Source: Anthoceros angustus
Taxonomy: Eukaryota > Plantae > Anthocerotophyta
Assembly (NCBI GenBank): GCA_010909165.1
Contig: VJWM01000044.1
Span: 1,736,001-1,800,000 of the forward strand
Direction: 5' to 3'
DNA length: 64,000 nucleotides
The notes under the pieces were generated by a model. It was not told the origin of the DNA and did no database searches. It saw nothing but the letters and a program-made list of their open reading frames with translations. The translations under genes and the position numbers were made by a program. Numbering within the stretch: the stretch's first letter is position 1; each line of letters begins with the position of its first letter. This document shows positions 1 through 12,556 of the stretch, piece by piece.

Positions 1-2460
1 GTCCTGTCTTGTCCTCCTCGGTGACATCTCTCGATGACGGATAATGGAGCTCGTAATCACCTCACACAAGCACCAGAAATGTTCTCTCACTCATCATCAA
101 AGAAGCACCGGGTCAACAATGCAATCAACGGTGGCGAATGCCTGGAATTAAGAAGTGTACTCACATTCTCAGCTCAACGCTGCTCGAAAAGTGCTGGACA
201 ACTCCTTTGGCTCACATTTCTTCCTGTGCAAACATGCCACTTTCAACAGATACAGTGTAATCATCATCGACGATGCGGCAATGCGTCCACTTCATAAGGC
301 CTTGAAGTGCAAAGAATCCAGCCTGGGTCTCGCCGCCCTCTTCCTCCTCACCATAGTCGAGGGCGCGGCATGCCCCTCTTCCTCCTCACCATAGTCGAGG
401 GCGCCGGCATGCCGGCGCCCCCTCCCCTCTTCCATGTAGCACAGGGACTCCTCCCATGGTGCTTGGATGGCGACGACCTTGGAAGGAATCCGTAGCCGCT
501 GCAGCAAACCTCCCTCCATCACCCTCAGCCTCCCCATCATCCTCTTCAAATGCCTCCGCATCTGAATGACCCAGCAACTCTGGAATAGGCCCATCCTCCT
601 CATCAGAAGGTCCGAACTCTGCCTCATTGTCTTCTACTTCCAGTGCGAAGTTTGGAAGTCCCTGTCTTGTCCTCCTCAGTGACATCTCTCGGCGATGACG
701 GATAATGGAGCTCGTAATCACCTCACACAAGCACCTGTAAAATGTTCTCTCACTCATCTCCACACCGTTATTCAATGCAATCAACGCTGGTGGCGAATGC
801 TCTGGAATTAAGAAGTGTACTCACATTCTCAGCTCAACGCTGCTCGAAAAGTGCTGGACAACTCCTTTGGCTCACATTTCTTCCTGTGCAAACATGCCAC
901 TTTCAACAGATACACAGTGTAATCATCTGACGATGCCGGCAATGCGTCCACTTCATAAGGCCTTGAAGTGCACAGAATCCGCAGTTCTGGGTCTCGCTGC
1001 CCTCCATCCAAAGTTGCCCAGGACCCATCCCGCCTTGCTCTCTGGTTTGCGGTGCACCGTTGAACCCAAAACCCAAAGCTTGATCGGGCGTCCATAGCAG
1101 TTTCTTCATCCGGCTCCTCCGTTTATGTCAACAACCATTCCTGCTGCAGAAGCATAGTGTCCTCAAGCTGGTTCATGTGCCTCCGCAGCATGCCTCCTCA
1201 TACGAGTATGGGAGGGAATTGATCTGGATTTCCCACCCTCAATCCTTTGGACAAGCTGGACTTCTCTCCACCACCAACTGTCTTTGTGGTGCTTGCCTTG
1301 AATTGAGTGACCGGACTTTGTCCGCCTCTTCCTGCTCCACCTCCACCTTGCTCAATTGGTTGGAAAGCATGTCCAGCCCCGAGGCGTAGATCGATCCGCG
1401 GAGGATCCGTGGTTCTCGATTTCGCCTCCTTCTTGCTTTTAGATTTCTTCGCCTCCGCGGCTTCTCAACAAGTCTCCGTGGTTAGGCCTCGCATCGGGAG
1501 GTCCTTCATCACGGCCCGCCATCATCCGTAGCCGCAGCAAACCTCCCTCCATCACCCTCGCCTCCCCATCATCCTCTTCAAATGCCTCCGATCCGAATGA
1601 CCCAGAACTCGGAATAGGCCCATCCTCCTCATCAAGGTCCGAACTCGCCTCATTGTCTTCTACTTCCGGTCGAAGTTTGAAGTCCTGTCTTGTCCTCCTC
1701 GGTGACATCTCTCGATGACGGATAATGGAGCTCGTAATCACCTCACACAAGCACCAGAAATGTTCTCTCACTGTCCATCACAGCAGCATAAGCATCAATG
1801 CAATCAACGGTGGCGAATGCCTGGAATTAAGAAGTGTACTCACATTCTCAGCTCAACGCTGCTCGAAAAGTGCTGGACAACTCCTTTGGCTCACATTTCT
1901 TCTGTGCAAACATGCCACTTTCAACAGATACAGTGTAATCATCCGACGATGCGCAATGCGTCCACTTCATAAGGCCTTGAAGTGCAAAGAATCCAGCCTG
2001 GGTCTCGCTGCCTCCATCCAAAGTTGCCCAGGACCCATCCCGCCTTGCTCTCGGTTTGCGGCACCGTTGAACCCAAAACCCAAAGCTTGATCGGGCGTCC
2101 ATAGCATGCTTTCATCCGGCTCCTGCTTTGTGTCAACAACCATTCTGCAAGCATAGTGTCCTCAAGCTGGTTCATGTGCCTCCGCAGCATGCCTCCTCAT
2201 ACGAGTATGGGGAGGGAATTGGATCTGGATTTCCCACCCTCAATCCTTTGGACAAGCCAGACTTCTCTCCACCGCCAACCGCTATCTTTGTGGTGCTTGC
2301 CTTCGCAGAATTGAGTGACCAGACTTTGTCTGCCCCCTTCCCGTTCCCCCTCCACCTTGCTCAATTGGTTGGAAAGCATGTCCAGCCCCCGAGGCAGAGA
2401 TCGGTATCTGGCGTGGAGGATCTGTGGTTCTCGATTTCGCCTCCTTCTTGCTTTTAGATT
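1..2460. repeat. Imperfect tandem duplications (units restart near 1, ~660, ~1682)
   Basis: ctgtcttgtcctcctc..tgacatctctc...ggagctcgtaatcacctcacacaagcacc occurs three times; copies differ by small indels. Confidence 0.9.
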
Positions 2461-2548
2461 TCTTCTGCCTCCGCGGCTTCTCCAACAAGTCTCCAGGGTT
2501 AGGCCCTGCATCGGGGAGGTCCTTCTTACTGCGGCGTCCGCTCGCCAT
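1..2548 (-). pseudogene. N-terminal part of the element A accessory ORF (homolog of the element B ParB-MTase ORF N-terminus), frameshifted and locally triplicated
   Basis: ATG at 2548 gives MASGRRSKK. Motifs PIPSPYSYEE and ILCTSRPYEVD match element B PIPTPFNYED and ILCTTKPLVFD. Followed by an acidic tract (EDNEAEFGPSDEEDGPIPE). Confidence 0.6.
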
Positions 2549-4789
2549 CGTCTGTAGCACCCAGCATAGGCATCAAACACGCTCAATCCGGATTAGGCAA
2601 GCACCAATTCTATTTCGAACAAGGAATTTCTCACCTGTGCGTCCTCTGGAAAGGATGGAGAGCTGGCTGGCGAGGGTCTCTGACGGCAAATTGTTGGGAA
2701 AACCACGCGGCCTCGCTTGAATCGCAGACGCCCGCGTTGGAAGAGCTCGTACGCCTACCGGCTTCGGACTGTAGAAGAAGGACTTCAATTCTGGTTCGGG
2801 TTTCTAAGGAGCTGGCAGCAAACCCTAATTTCGCGCCAGTCCGTAACAAACGCGCTGTAACGAGGTCCGAGTTATTGTCCTTATCAGCTATGTATGGAGG
2901 AACAAGGACTAGAATATGTGGTCTGTGTGTGTCGATGTTCTTTTAACCCATACCCAACATACAATTCCACACACCCGCGCGTTCGCGATGTCCTTCGCAC
3001 TATCGATTGCACATCAGTTTGCAAGGTAGTGTGACTCAACTACGTGTTTGTTTATGTACGCTGCATGCGGGCAAGCCCAATATGCAATTGGGTAAATAAG
3101 AAAGCGTTTTTCATAACGTTCCAGATACCCTTTTTTTCCAGCCGCCGCTATTGATGGCTACCGGCCGTTCATTTTAACTCTATGGTAGCTTGCATATGCG
3201 GCTGGCAGCATAGTAGCATAATAGCACCGGGCCCCCCTCCATTACTTCGAAATCTATTTAGGATTTGGCAATCAAGTGATTTGTCTCTCCACGGCTTCCC
3301 GCCTCCTCTGCGGTCAAGTCATGTACCACACACCACCACCTTTTATCACACTTGTCGCGTAGCCGCGTAACCTTGAGCTACGAGTCCAACACAATGCTCC
3401 AGTTCACACACTCCGAAGACGCGGGCGATGTGGGTTTCCGTGTTATGTGCCCTTTCATTCCTTGACCGATACCAACGATTGCTATGTCATTGACAAAATG
3501 TAGATGTGCAGGGTCAAGAAGCGGACGAAGATTTCGGGCAAAATCAAGATGTTTCACAGTTCCAAAGAGTACCTGATCCCCGTAAACAGAGTGAAAGGCA
3601 AGCGCGGCTGGCCCCTCCGTCTCGCCAGGCAAATGCAAAGTCCTTGCCACTCCCTGCCACAAAGTATGTATTCTTTGGCCGATAGCTGAGTCGTCGCCTC
3701 GTCATACTCATTGGCATAGGTTTGTGTTAGTGGCTCGATCCCGTGATGCGTGTTGCAGGTCCAGGGTGGAGAAGAACTCACTCACAGTCTCGTATGCCCA
3801 GCTATGTTCCCCCGACTTCCAGGAACCTGAACCTCTACTCTGCCATAAATAGAAGCCCATCTGGAAGGAGGAAAGTTGGTGTCGGTGCGGGTGGAGCAGA
3901 AGTGCGCGCCGCGAGGGGATTGTTCACTACTATTTCCAGCACTGAAGATGCGGGGACGCCCAATGCAGATGAGGACAATGTCTTTCAGACACCCCCACCG
4001 ATTGAGAAGTTTGGACCGGGCTGATTTGCCGTCACTTTCCATCCGAAGCCTTTGGCCAATACCTTTCATTTAGCGATGTGGGCTGCAGTGGCGAGCTGGT
4101 GTCTTTGAGGAAAAGTGAAGGCGATTCCGTGGGAGAGGATTTCAAAGCCTTGTTGCAACAAATTGTGCATCCGCAAGTTCACAAAGAAGCTTTTCATGAG
4201 CAGTGCAGTTTCGAGAATGGGCGAGCAAGAGACATTGCATCACAGCGGCCCGACGGTGCCACAACAAGGGACAGGGTTTTCACTCACCTCATGGGTCAGA
4301 TTCCTATGCAATGTTGTTTGAAAGCCTTCCGACGTGTATACTGCATAGGGTCCGCAAGGTACGAGGAGTTGAAGCGGAGGGTTATTCTGAATGCACCATG
4401 GGACGCTAATAAGGCCAGCCCTCGTGTACAATCCTCCCATGCTTTGGCTGCAATTGCCTGGATGGATGCGACTTTCCTTCACTTGGCCGAGCGACTGCCG
4501 AATGTGGAGGTATACAATCTACCAGACACTTTCACGAAGCATGAGGTTTGGATACAATACAGGAGTGGAATGGAGTCAAAAGGTGAACGCTTTGTGTCGT
4601 ATGCATATTTCTTGCTGGTCAATTTCAAGCGGGTGAAGATACCCAAGTCAAACAGATTCTCGACTTGTTCCATATGCGCTGGCTGAAGTTCAACATACGG
4701 AGCACCGGAGTTGACCAAGGTAGGCCTCCTCCCGCCTATTGTGTCATGCATGCATGGCATAAAAGCATGTGGAGTAATGGAGGAGTTAG

Positions 4790-5850
4790 CGGCGGATGTC
4801 TCGAGTCGCCGTGCGGCGCCATGGCGGCGCCATGGCGGCGCCATGGCGGCGCCCCAAGGCCCTAAAGCGCGGTGATGTCTCGAGTCGCCGTGCGGCGCCC
4901 GACACGTTGCTTTATGCGGTGATGTCTCGAGTCGAGCCCTCCACCGCGAAAAAGGAGCCGCATGGCGGCACCATATTGTCTGTGGTGAAGGGTACTGCAT
5001 GGCGGCGCCCCAAGTGACAAAGGGATGTCGCCGTGCCTGGCGCCATTTTTGTGCCGTGGAGGGCTCTGGGATGGCCTTGCACTCGAATGGCGACGCCCAA
5101 GGCCCTAAAGCGCGGTGAACTACGGTGCTTTGTGTCGGAGAGGCGGCCATGGCGGCGCCATGCACTCCACATCGAGGGCGCGCATGCCGGCGCCCTCGTG
5201 TCGGAGAGGCGCCATGGCGGCGCCATGCACTCCACCTGAGGCGCGCATGCCGCGCCCCAAATGGAGTGCACGATAGATGGCGACGCCCAAGGCCCTAAAG
5301 CGCGGTGAACTACGGTGCTTTGTTGTGTATGAGATGAGGAAGCTTGCGCCTCTTTGCACTTCAGCTGCATGCCCGCCCTCCAACCTACTTATAAGGTTCA
5401 CTCCAGTGATGGAGGGGCATGTTGGCCCGCCGTGGTCCGGAATGCACGGGTTGGGTTCTTGCCGTAACATTAACTTCGCAGGAGCTGTCGATTGTATGCA
5501 AAATGTCACTATGCATTTGGACCGTGGAATAATAGGCAGCAGATGCGTATGTCCTAGTTTCGATCTCGTTTCAATGCACGACACTCGATCTTCCCAAATA
5601 GCTCTGTATGCAAAGTTATTGAATTTCGGTGCCCACAAGTGACAAAGGGATGTCGCTGCGTGCGCCGTTTTGTGCCGTGGAGGGCTCGGGATGGCCTTGC
5701 ACTGAATGGCGACGAGGCCGGCAGCGCCTCTTTGTCGAGAGGGCCATGGCGGCGCCATGCACTCCACTCGAGGGCGCATGCCGCGCCCCAAATGTGGAGT
5801 GCACGATAGGGCATGGCGACGCCCAAGGCCCTAAAGCGCGGTGAACTACG
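4790..5850. repeat. GC-rich degenerate repeat cluster: 11-bp gcggcgccatg tandem units plus 4x cccaaggccctaaagcgcggtga
   Basis: Motif visible near 4853, 5096, 5286 and 5822; 4812-4852 is about (gcggcgccatg)x3.5. Confidence 0.8.
5340..5640 (-). CDS. Putative small antisense ORF/exon nested in the element A transposase insert (second noisy copy ~5890-6140)
   Basis: CIQST...LEGG aligns without gaps over 43 aa to the equivalent antisense frame in element B. Confidence 0.45.
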
Positions 5851-8800
5851 GGTGCTTTGTTGCAGATGAAGCCCGCACTTCACAGGCTCGCATGCCGCGC
5901 CTCCAACCTACTTATAAGGTTCACTCCATGGAGGGGCATGTTGCGGTCCGGGAAATGCATGGGTTGGGTTCTTGCCGTAACATTAACTTCTGCAGAGTCG
6001 ATTGTATGCAAACCGCTACTATGCATTTGGACTGTGGAATAATAGGCAGTGCGTATGTCCTAGTTTCTCGATCTCGTTTCAATGCACGACACTCGCCTTC
6101 CCAAATAGCTCTGCAAAGTTATTGAATTTCGGTGCCCACAAGTCGACAATGGTGTTCCATGACATACACTATGTATCAAGAGGCACTCAACAAGCATCGG
6201 ATACGATTGATGGAGGAACGGAAGAAGTTGACGAAGCATCGGTCGGTCCAAGGAGCCGCAGAATATATGTTGTTATCTATCGTGGCATGGACCAAAAACT
6301 TCCGCCGCATTTTGCGGTGGCCAAAGGACTTGAAGGAGGATAGTCGGATCACGGTGCATGTTGTTGGATGCATGATACATAATTACACGTTCGAGGCGGG
6401 CGTATCGCATTATGCCAATCTCGTGAATGATGCAAATTTAACAATAACTATTATCCGTGACGTTATACACACGTATGAAGGATACTTCCCAAAGTCTTAT
6501 ACTGCTGGACAATACATGCCGAGAGAACAAGAACCAGCTTCTATTTGCGATTTGAACATGCTCGTTGAACTCGGACGCTCGAGAAGGTGAAGGTTGGATT
6601 CCTCCTCGTGGGGCAGCACGCACGACCAAGTGGATCAAATGTTTTCATGTTTTCTAAGCATTTAAAACATAAGGAGGCCGTGACATTGCCAACTATGGAG
6701 GACATATTGAAGTCCTCGTTCACGCCGAATCCAGAGGTGAAAGTGTTGATGAGGTACTTCCGGACATACGTATGGCCATTAGTTAGTGAACGGCGGAAGT
6801 ATACGCTGTTCGAAGTTGAACAACCTTTCATTTCAGCACCAGTTCAAAATCACCCGCGAGGACAAAGTTGGGCGGGAAAGGTTACCGTTATTCGCAGAAG
6901 CAATACTCCACTTCCCCTTGTGGGAATCAAGATGGGCTCAATTCTTGACTTTTGTTCCGATCCGTCATCGGGCCCGCTCCTTTGATGGCTTGGGCGAAGG
7001 ACAAGAAAGCTAGTGATGGTGGTTTGACCGCACGCGTGAAGGCGTGATCACTTGAAAAAGGATCGTGAAGCGCCAACATATTTGACTGTGGAGGAAGAAT
7101 GGTGGATGGATTGGAATGATCAACACGAAATCGCAAATATTGTGGATCATAACATTGGGCTTGTTCGCAAAACCCCGGAGATGGTACGATAGGGCTCAAG
7201 CCCGGTCCCCTTTGCACATACCTAAGAAGTCAGATCGACGAGGCTCTTTGCGTGACATACCACACAGGGACATGTATCTAGGGGCCTACCAAACTATTGA
7301 ACGCCAAGAAGAGGTGGCAAGAAGGATGGATGGCGATATTATGGAGATACAGAAAGGAATGTTTATTGTGACACCGTGCGAGGGTGACACACACAATAGG
7401 GCGTTCTGGGTAGCGAAGGTTGTAAGTGTGCACCTTGGGGCCAGAATCAGACTGCTTGTGCAGTGGCGAACCCACGGAGATGGTACGATAGGGCTGCCCG
7501 AGTCCCCCACATCTGGGAAGAAATTTGTCTTGGGCGAGGCTCTTTGCGTGACATACCACAGGACATGTATCTAGGGGCCTACCAAACTATTGAACGCCAA
7601 GAAGAGGTGGCAAGAAGGATGGATGGCGATATTATGGAGATCTGAAAGGAATGTTTATTGTGACACCGTGCGAGGTGACACAATAGGCGTTTTAGCGAAG
7701 GTTGTAAGTGTGCACCTTGGGGCCAACCTTGTGTGCTTGTGGCCCAGCACCACGGATGCTTATGAGGGCAAGTATGTTGGAGAATTTTTCAAAGGACGAA
7801 TTGGGACCATCAAAACAAAGTCAAAAAGGTCGGAAAGGGAAAGGGCCCCAACATCCAAAAGGTTTTGTCGAAAAACCATTATTATATACTACGGGTTTGA
7901 CTCACTTCAGAAACATCATGCGGATAAGAAAGCTATAAAGGAAAAGTTGAGTGCGCTCGTCCTCACATTCAACCAAACACTTCGGATGAGGCAATGGAGA
8001 GTGATGAAGATGGAGATGAGGCCTGTGGACGGGACGAGGGTCTCGATTCGCGAAGAGTAATGACATGTGCTAAGCAACGAAATAACAAGGGAACCTTATG
8101 TTTATCCCTAATTTCTCTTCATGGCATAGGGTTTGAAAGTCGGACACGAGGTGTCGGGCATAAGTTTCATGTTCTTGTCATACATTGTTTTAAGACATGC
8201 AGACCACCATGCCGTGATGAGTACATCTTAAATGTCACCTTGTAGCGTCTACCATGTTTTGGCATGCTGCAATACACTGGCGCAATACATTTCTTGATTA
8301 CACAATTGCACTAGTCATAAACATTTGCCGTTATAGACAGTAACCGGTGACGGCGGACATGGACTGCTTGTGCTCCACTTTCCACCCTCTAGACGCCATA
8401 TGCTCCCATACTGTGTTCGTTTCCGCCATCGTATAACACAGACACATCCGCGCGTTTCATGCGCTGCCGTCGTAGAGCCCTGGCAAAAGACGCCGGCATG
8501 CCGGCGCCCATGCCACACCCAACAATCGCCGCATACATTTTCGGCTGATATGACAACCTCTACAAAACCCATACCATAGTTGTCTCCATGTGTCTCCATG
8601 TGATTTTAAATGCAGTGATTTGCTGTTCTTGGCCACAATGATTGCAACACAAGCCACCGGAAACTCGAACGACTACCTTTTTCCCTGCAATGAGGGGGAG
8701 AGAACATGGGTACTTTTCTCGGCGATACGCATGATAAGCCAGGGAGAGCACCGTTTTTCCAGAACTGTAGTTGGCACAACTGTGTCTGACGGTGATGTTC

Positions 8801-9260
8801 ACCCTTATTTTCCGCCGTCACTTAATCCCAAACATGCCGCTTTGATAACCATCTTAAACCCGGATCCACGATATAGACCCTGCACCGCCCATGTATATTC
8901 ACCGCTTCAAATATTACGTTTCGTCCCTCCCAAATTACATCTTCTTCCTAGCTTGTGGGGCAAGTACCATGTTGCCCCTTCCTTCTACTCCGCGGGGCGG
9001 GGCCCTGATTCCTCTTGTCATGCAGGCAATCGCGCCCCTTCCGCGTGCTCAAGCGTCCCATTTTCCAACCTCCGCCGCCCGGCCGCGCTCCTTCTATAAG
9101 CATCCTACCGCGGTAGTCTGGCAGACTACCGGGGTAGGCTGACTACCTACCATGGTAGTCTAGTCCCCATCTCTCTTCCTTCCTTCCTCCTCATCGGTGA
9201 TGTCTCCTGGGGTTGAGATCCTCTTTGCTCCTTCCCTGCTGTTTGGTTTGTCCATACCTA

Positions 9261-10879
9261 TCATGGAGCATTTTCTTCAAAGGACCTTCCCCCCATTTGC
9301 CGACCGATGTTGCCACTAACTCCTTCGAGCCTTCTTCGAGTTGGCCCGGGCTCTTCCCTTATTCGTGGGGTGAGGGAACTTCTCACCCCTCCCCCCTCCT
9401 CGGCGGGTCGGACCCCGCCCTCGATCTCTTCCACCGGTGGGGCTGCTTCTCCCACCGCCTCGCCTCCTTCTCCAGGGGGTATGCCACCGGACCCCCCGGC
9501 TCCTTCATCCGCAGCCGTGCCGTTAGGACCCGACTCCCCATCAGGCCCCTCGCTGCGGTACTGCCCTACCCGGTGATGCAGCGGACTACGTGGGAAATGT
9601 AGCCTACCACGGACGTCTGGTGGTCACCTACCGTGGTAGGGTGACCCCCTATGAGGGCGGGCTGTCCCTCCTCCTTGCTTTCCGTGCCATCTTCCTTCTT
9701 GGGCGCCGTTTCTCCTCCGTCCTCCGACTCTCCAGACTCCTCGGAGTCCATGTCACTTGTGGCCTCATCAAAGTTTGAGGCCTCCGGTTGCACCTGCTGC
9801 AACTCCTTCCTATCATCATCATGAGGACCTATTGTCCTCCTCTTGGCCAAACGCAACACTTCGTTGTTGGCCTTCAATATCCTGTTGTGAAGATGGGCGC
9901 CCAGACTATGATATTGCATTTGGAGATCATCCAACTCCGTGGGCCACTCTCCATCTTCACACCTACTCTTGTAGGCATCCCTTGAGGTGGTCAATTCTCC
10001 CGCCTTCACATGGAGGGTCACATTCTCCTCCCGTGCTTCCCTCAGCTGGTTGGCCAACTTCGCTTGAAGGGCATAATCCGCCCAAAACCTTCGTTTCCTC
10101 AACACCAGCATTCTATGCACCACCTTCTTGTGATGCTCTTCTTCCTAGGACCTCCTCCTCTCCAAGTCCCCTAGTTGCTGAGCAAGCCCTTCCCTCTCCG
10201 CTTGCCAAGCACTCTTCTCGAGCTCCAACTCCTGCAGTTGCTGGTCTTGAGCTTCGAGCTCCGCGCGCTTCTCCTCCAAATTATACCGGGTTCTTCGCAA
10301 TTCTTCTTCCATGTCCCGGATCTTGATGGCTTGAGTAGCCATAACTTGTTCTTGCGCATCCACTTGCTGGACCGCCCGCTTTTCTCGTCCTAGAGCCTCA
10401 ACCTCGCTCTTCCTCTCCTGCTCTAGGTGGGCAAAGTGCTCCTCCGCCTTTTGCCTCCATGAGTCCCTTTGGGTGGTGGCTCGAATAGCCCTCTCCTCCG
10501 TTTGGGACAGTTTTCCCTCCAGGACCTTCTCCGCCCGCCGTTGATCCACAAGGTCGCGCTGGAGTTTCCCCACAGCCTTTTCCAACTTGGCTGCCTTCTC
10601 ATCAGACTCCATGGCCTCCAATTGCCATTTGGTCCCTGCTCTTCTCTCAGTCATCTCTTGGGCCTTGTTCGCCCGGACTTCCTCTTGACAGGCCCATAAG
10701 GAGGCTGCTAGGTCTCTAGCGCCCTTCGAATCCACACGGCTGAGTGCCTCATAAGCACTCATCAAATCTCCTAGGGGCCCAAATTCTGCCCCCGCCGGCC
10801 TCCTGTTGGAAATTTCCATCCTTCCCACACTCCTTGGGCCATCTCGCGGCGTGAGGCCCTCGTGACCGCCGCCTCCCAC
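9261..10879 (-). pseudogene. Coiled-coil accessory ORF of an LTR-retrotransposon-like remnant
   Basis: Consecutive same-strand E/K/R/Q-rich heptad ORFs (10145-10879, 9566-10123). No RT or integrase is seen, so the retro assignment is inference. Confidence 0.45.
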
Positions 10880-11047
10880 CGCCTCCTACCGCTGGTGATG
10901 GTGGTCCTGGCACCGCCCGCCTCGTACGCCCTTCCTTCCTCTTCCCCTACCCCAGGGGCAGCTTATTCGGCGTGGGGTGCTTGCTCACGTAGGTCAACTT
11001 GTCACAGTAGCCCCTATCACGTAGGTGTTGTGCTACCGATAACATGA

Positions 11048-11069
11048 TAATCTTGGAAGGGGTTAATAT
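11048..11069. repeat. Left terminal inverted repeat of element B (duplicated at 12319-12339)
   Basis: taatcttggaaggggttaatat is the reverse complement of 29146-29166 apart from one homopolymer base. Confidence 0.7.
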
Positions 11070-11281
11070 ACAAACCCCTTCCGCTGAAACCCCTTCATAA
11101 AAAGACTCGTTGGAAATGCAAAATACGCCGAATCCTCCGTCAACAGGTACATGCTAAATACGAAGGGAAAAAACATTGATATTTCACAATTCATAAAACA
11201 AGAGGGCTTCTTGGCGGCTGGCGGCCGCCAATATCCTTGCCCACTATGCTTTGACACAAGTAATGAAAGAAAATCCTAATA

Positions 11282-11960
11282 TCACGTTTCAAAACCCCTT
11301 CCGTCCCTCGAATATAGTCTTTCCTCTACAAAGATCCTCAGTGACGATCGAGACTCACGGCGCTTGGGTGGCTTCAATCTAAAACAAGCTGCCAGTTGCG
11401 CATGCTCCAATTCTACGCCGGTTGCCACCGCCAGTGGCCTTCGCTTCATCATCTTCTGCGTTGTCGCCTCCCCTTGTCGCCACCACTCCCATCGCACATG
11501 ATCCGTGGTTTGTTGTCCTTCCTCTAGCAAGTCCCTGCTTTGCGTTTTCATCCTCCTTGCACTAAGTGGAACCACCGAGCTTCGAACAATTTTTTCGCTA
11601 ATACAAACTTCTTTAGCCTGACCAGGCCGCCTCCGGTGGGCCTCGAATGTGAGCTCCTCTTTCCACTGCAAAACCTCGAAACCATGTATGCGTTGTGGGA
11701 TATAACCAGACAATGAGGTCACCTCTATTGCAATAGAATTGCGCCCGAAGCAATCTGCTGTTGTTGTCCCACTTCGCGCAACCATCCGTAATCCAATCTC
11801 CTTCTTCGAGAATGTTTTGATGAATTTCATCATCAACCCGAGAGGTCTTTGGTAGGCACACCACCATTTTGTCTTGAGACATGTACACCGCTTCTTCACC
11901 ATATCATGTGCAATCACGGATCGTCCATTGTTAAAAGTCCTCGTAATATTGGGCGTCATA
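11282..11960 (-). pseudogene. Duplicated C-terminal half of the amino-DNA methyltransferase
   Basis: YQRPLGLMMKFIKTFSKK / GDWITDGCA / SGTTTADCFGRNSIAIE; part of the ~10663-11960 / ~11960-13220 tandem duplication. Confidence 0.75.
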
Positions 11961-12556
11961 GCCTTGTTCGCCGGACTTCCTCGACAGCCCATAAGGAGGC
12001 TGCTAGGTCTCTAGCGCCTTCGAATCCACACGGCCGAGTGCCTCATAGCACTCATCAAATCTCCTAGGGGCCCACACCGCCTCCTCCTGGAAATTTCCAT
12101 CCTTCCCACACTCCTTGGGCCATCTCGCGGCCGCCGGCCGCCTTCCTTCCTCTCCGCCTGGGCCAGATGGTGGTCTGGCACCGCCTGCTGCCCTCAGCCC
12201 TTCTTCCTTCCTCTTCCTACCGGGGCAGCTTGCTCACCTGGGTGGGGTGCTCACCACGTGGTGAACTCGTCAGTGGTAGCTGCCACTCTACGTAGGTGTT
12301 GTGCCACTGATAACATGATAATCTTGGAAGGGGTTAATACAAACCCCTTCCGCACACAAATCAAACCCCTTCATAAAAAGACTGCTCGAAATGCAAAATA
12401 CGTCGAATCCTCCGTCAACAAAGACCATGCTAAATACGAAGGGAAAAAACATTGATATTTCACAATTCATAAAACAAAGAGGGCTTTCTGGCCGGGCGGC
12501 CCAGAGTATCCTTGCCTACGCTATGCTTTGACAAGTAATGAAAGAAAATCCTGATA

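Larger units (their letters stand above)
4060..8060 (+). pseudogene. Sola2-like / DUF7869-type transposase of element A (frameshifted, interrupted by an insert/intron ~4720-6140)
   Basis: PCCNKLC; CLKAFRRVYCIG; YNLPDTFTK; KIPKSNRFSTCSIC; frameshift-restorable IDGMDQ, QLDNTCRENKNQ and KVGFLLVGHTHDQVDQMFS; C-terminal FWVAKV...W. Confidence 0.75.
1..8938. mobile_element. DNA transposon 'element A' (Sola2-like/DUF7869), left part outside window
   Basis: Divergent MASGRRSKK ORF (-) and transposase (+), in the same order as element B. A possible right end at ~8910-8938 (atatta...ccctcccaaattaca) weakly resembles the element B right end (atattaacccttccaagattaca). Confidence 0.65.

Noticed and set aside
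2820-2828. Telo-box AAACCCTAA in the divergent intergenic region of element A
   Set aside because: A single short motif can occur by chance, and the element B counterpart is imperfect.
11059-11066. GGGTTAA / TTAACCC as piggyBac ends
   Set aside because: Orientation is inverted relative to the element interior and there are no piggyBac transposase motifs.
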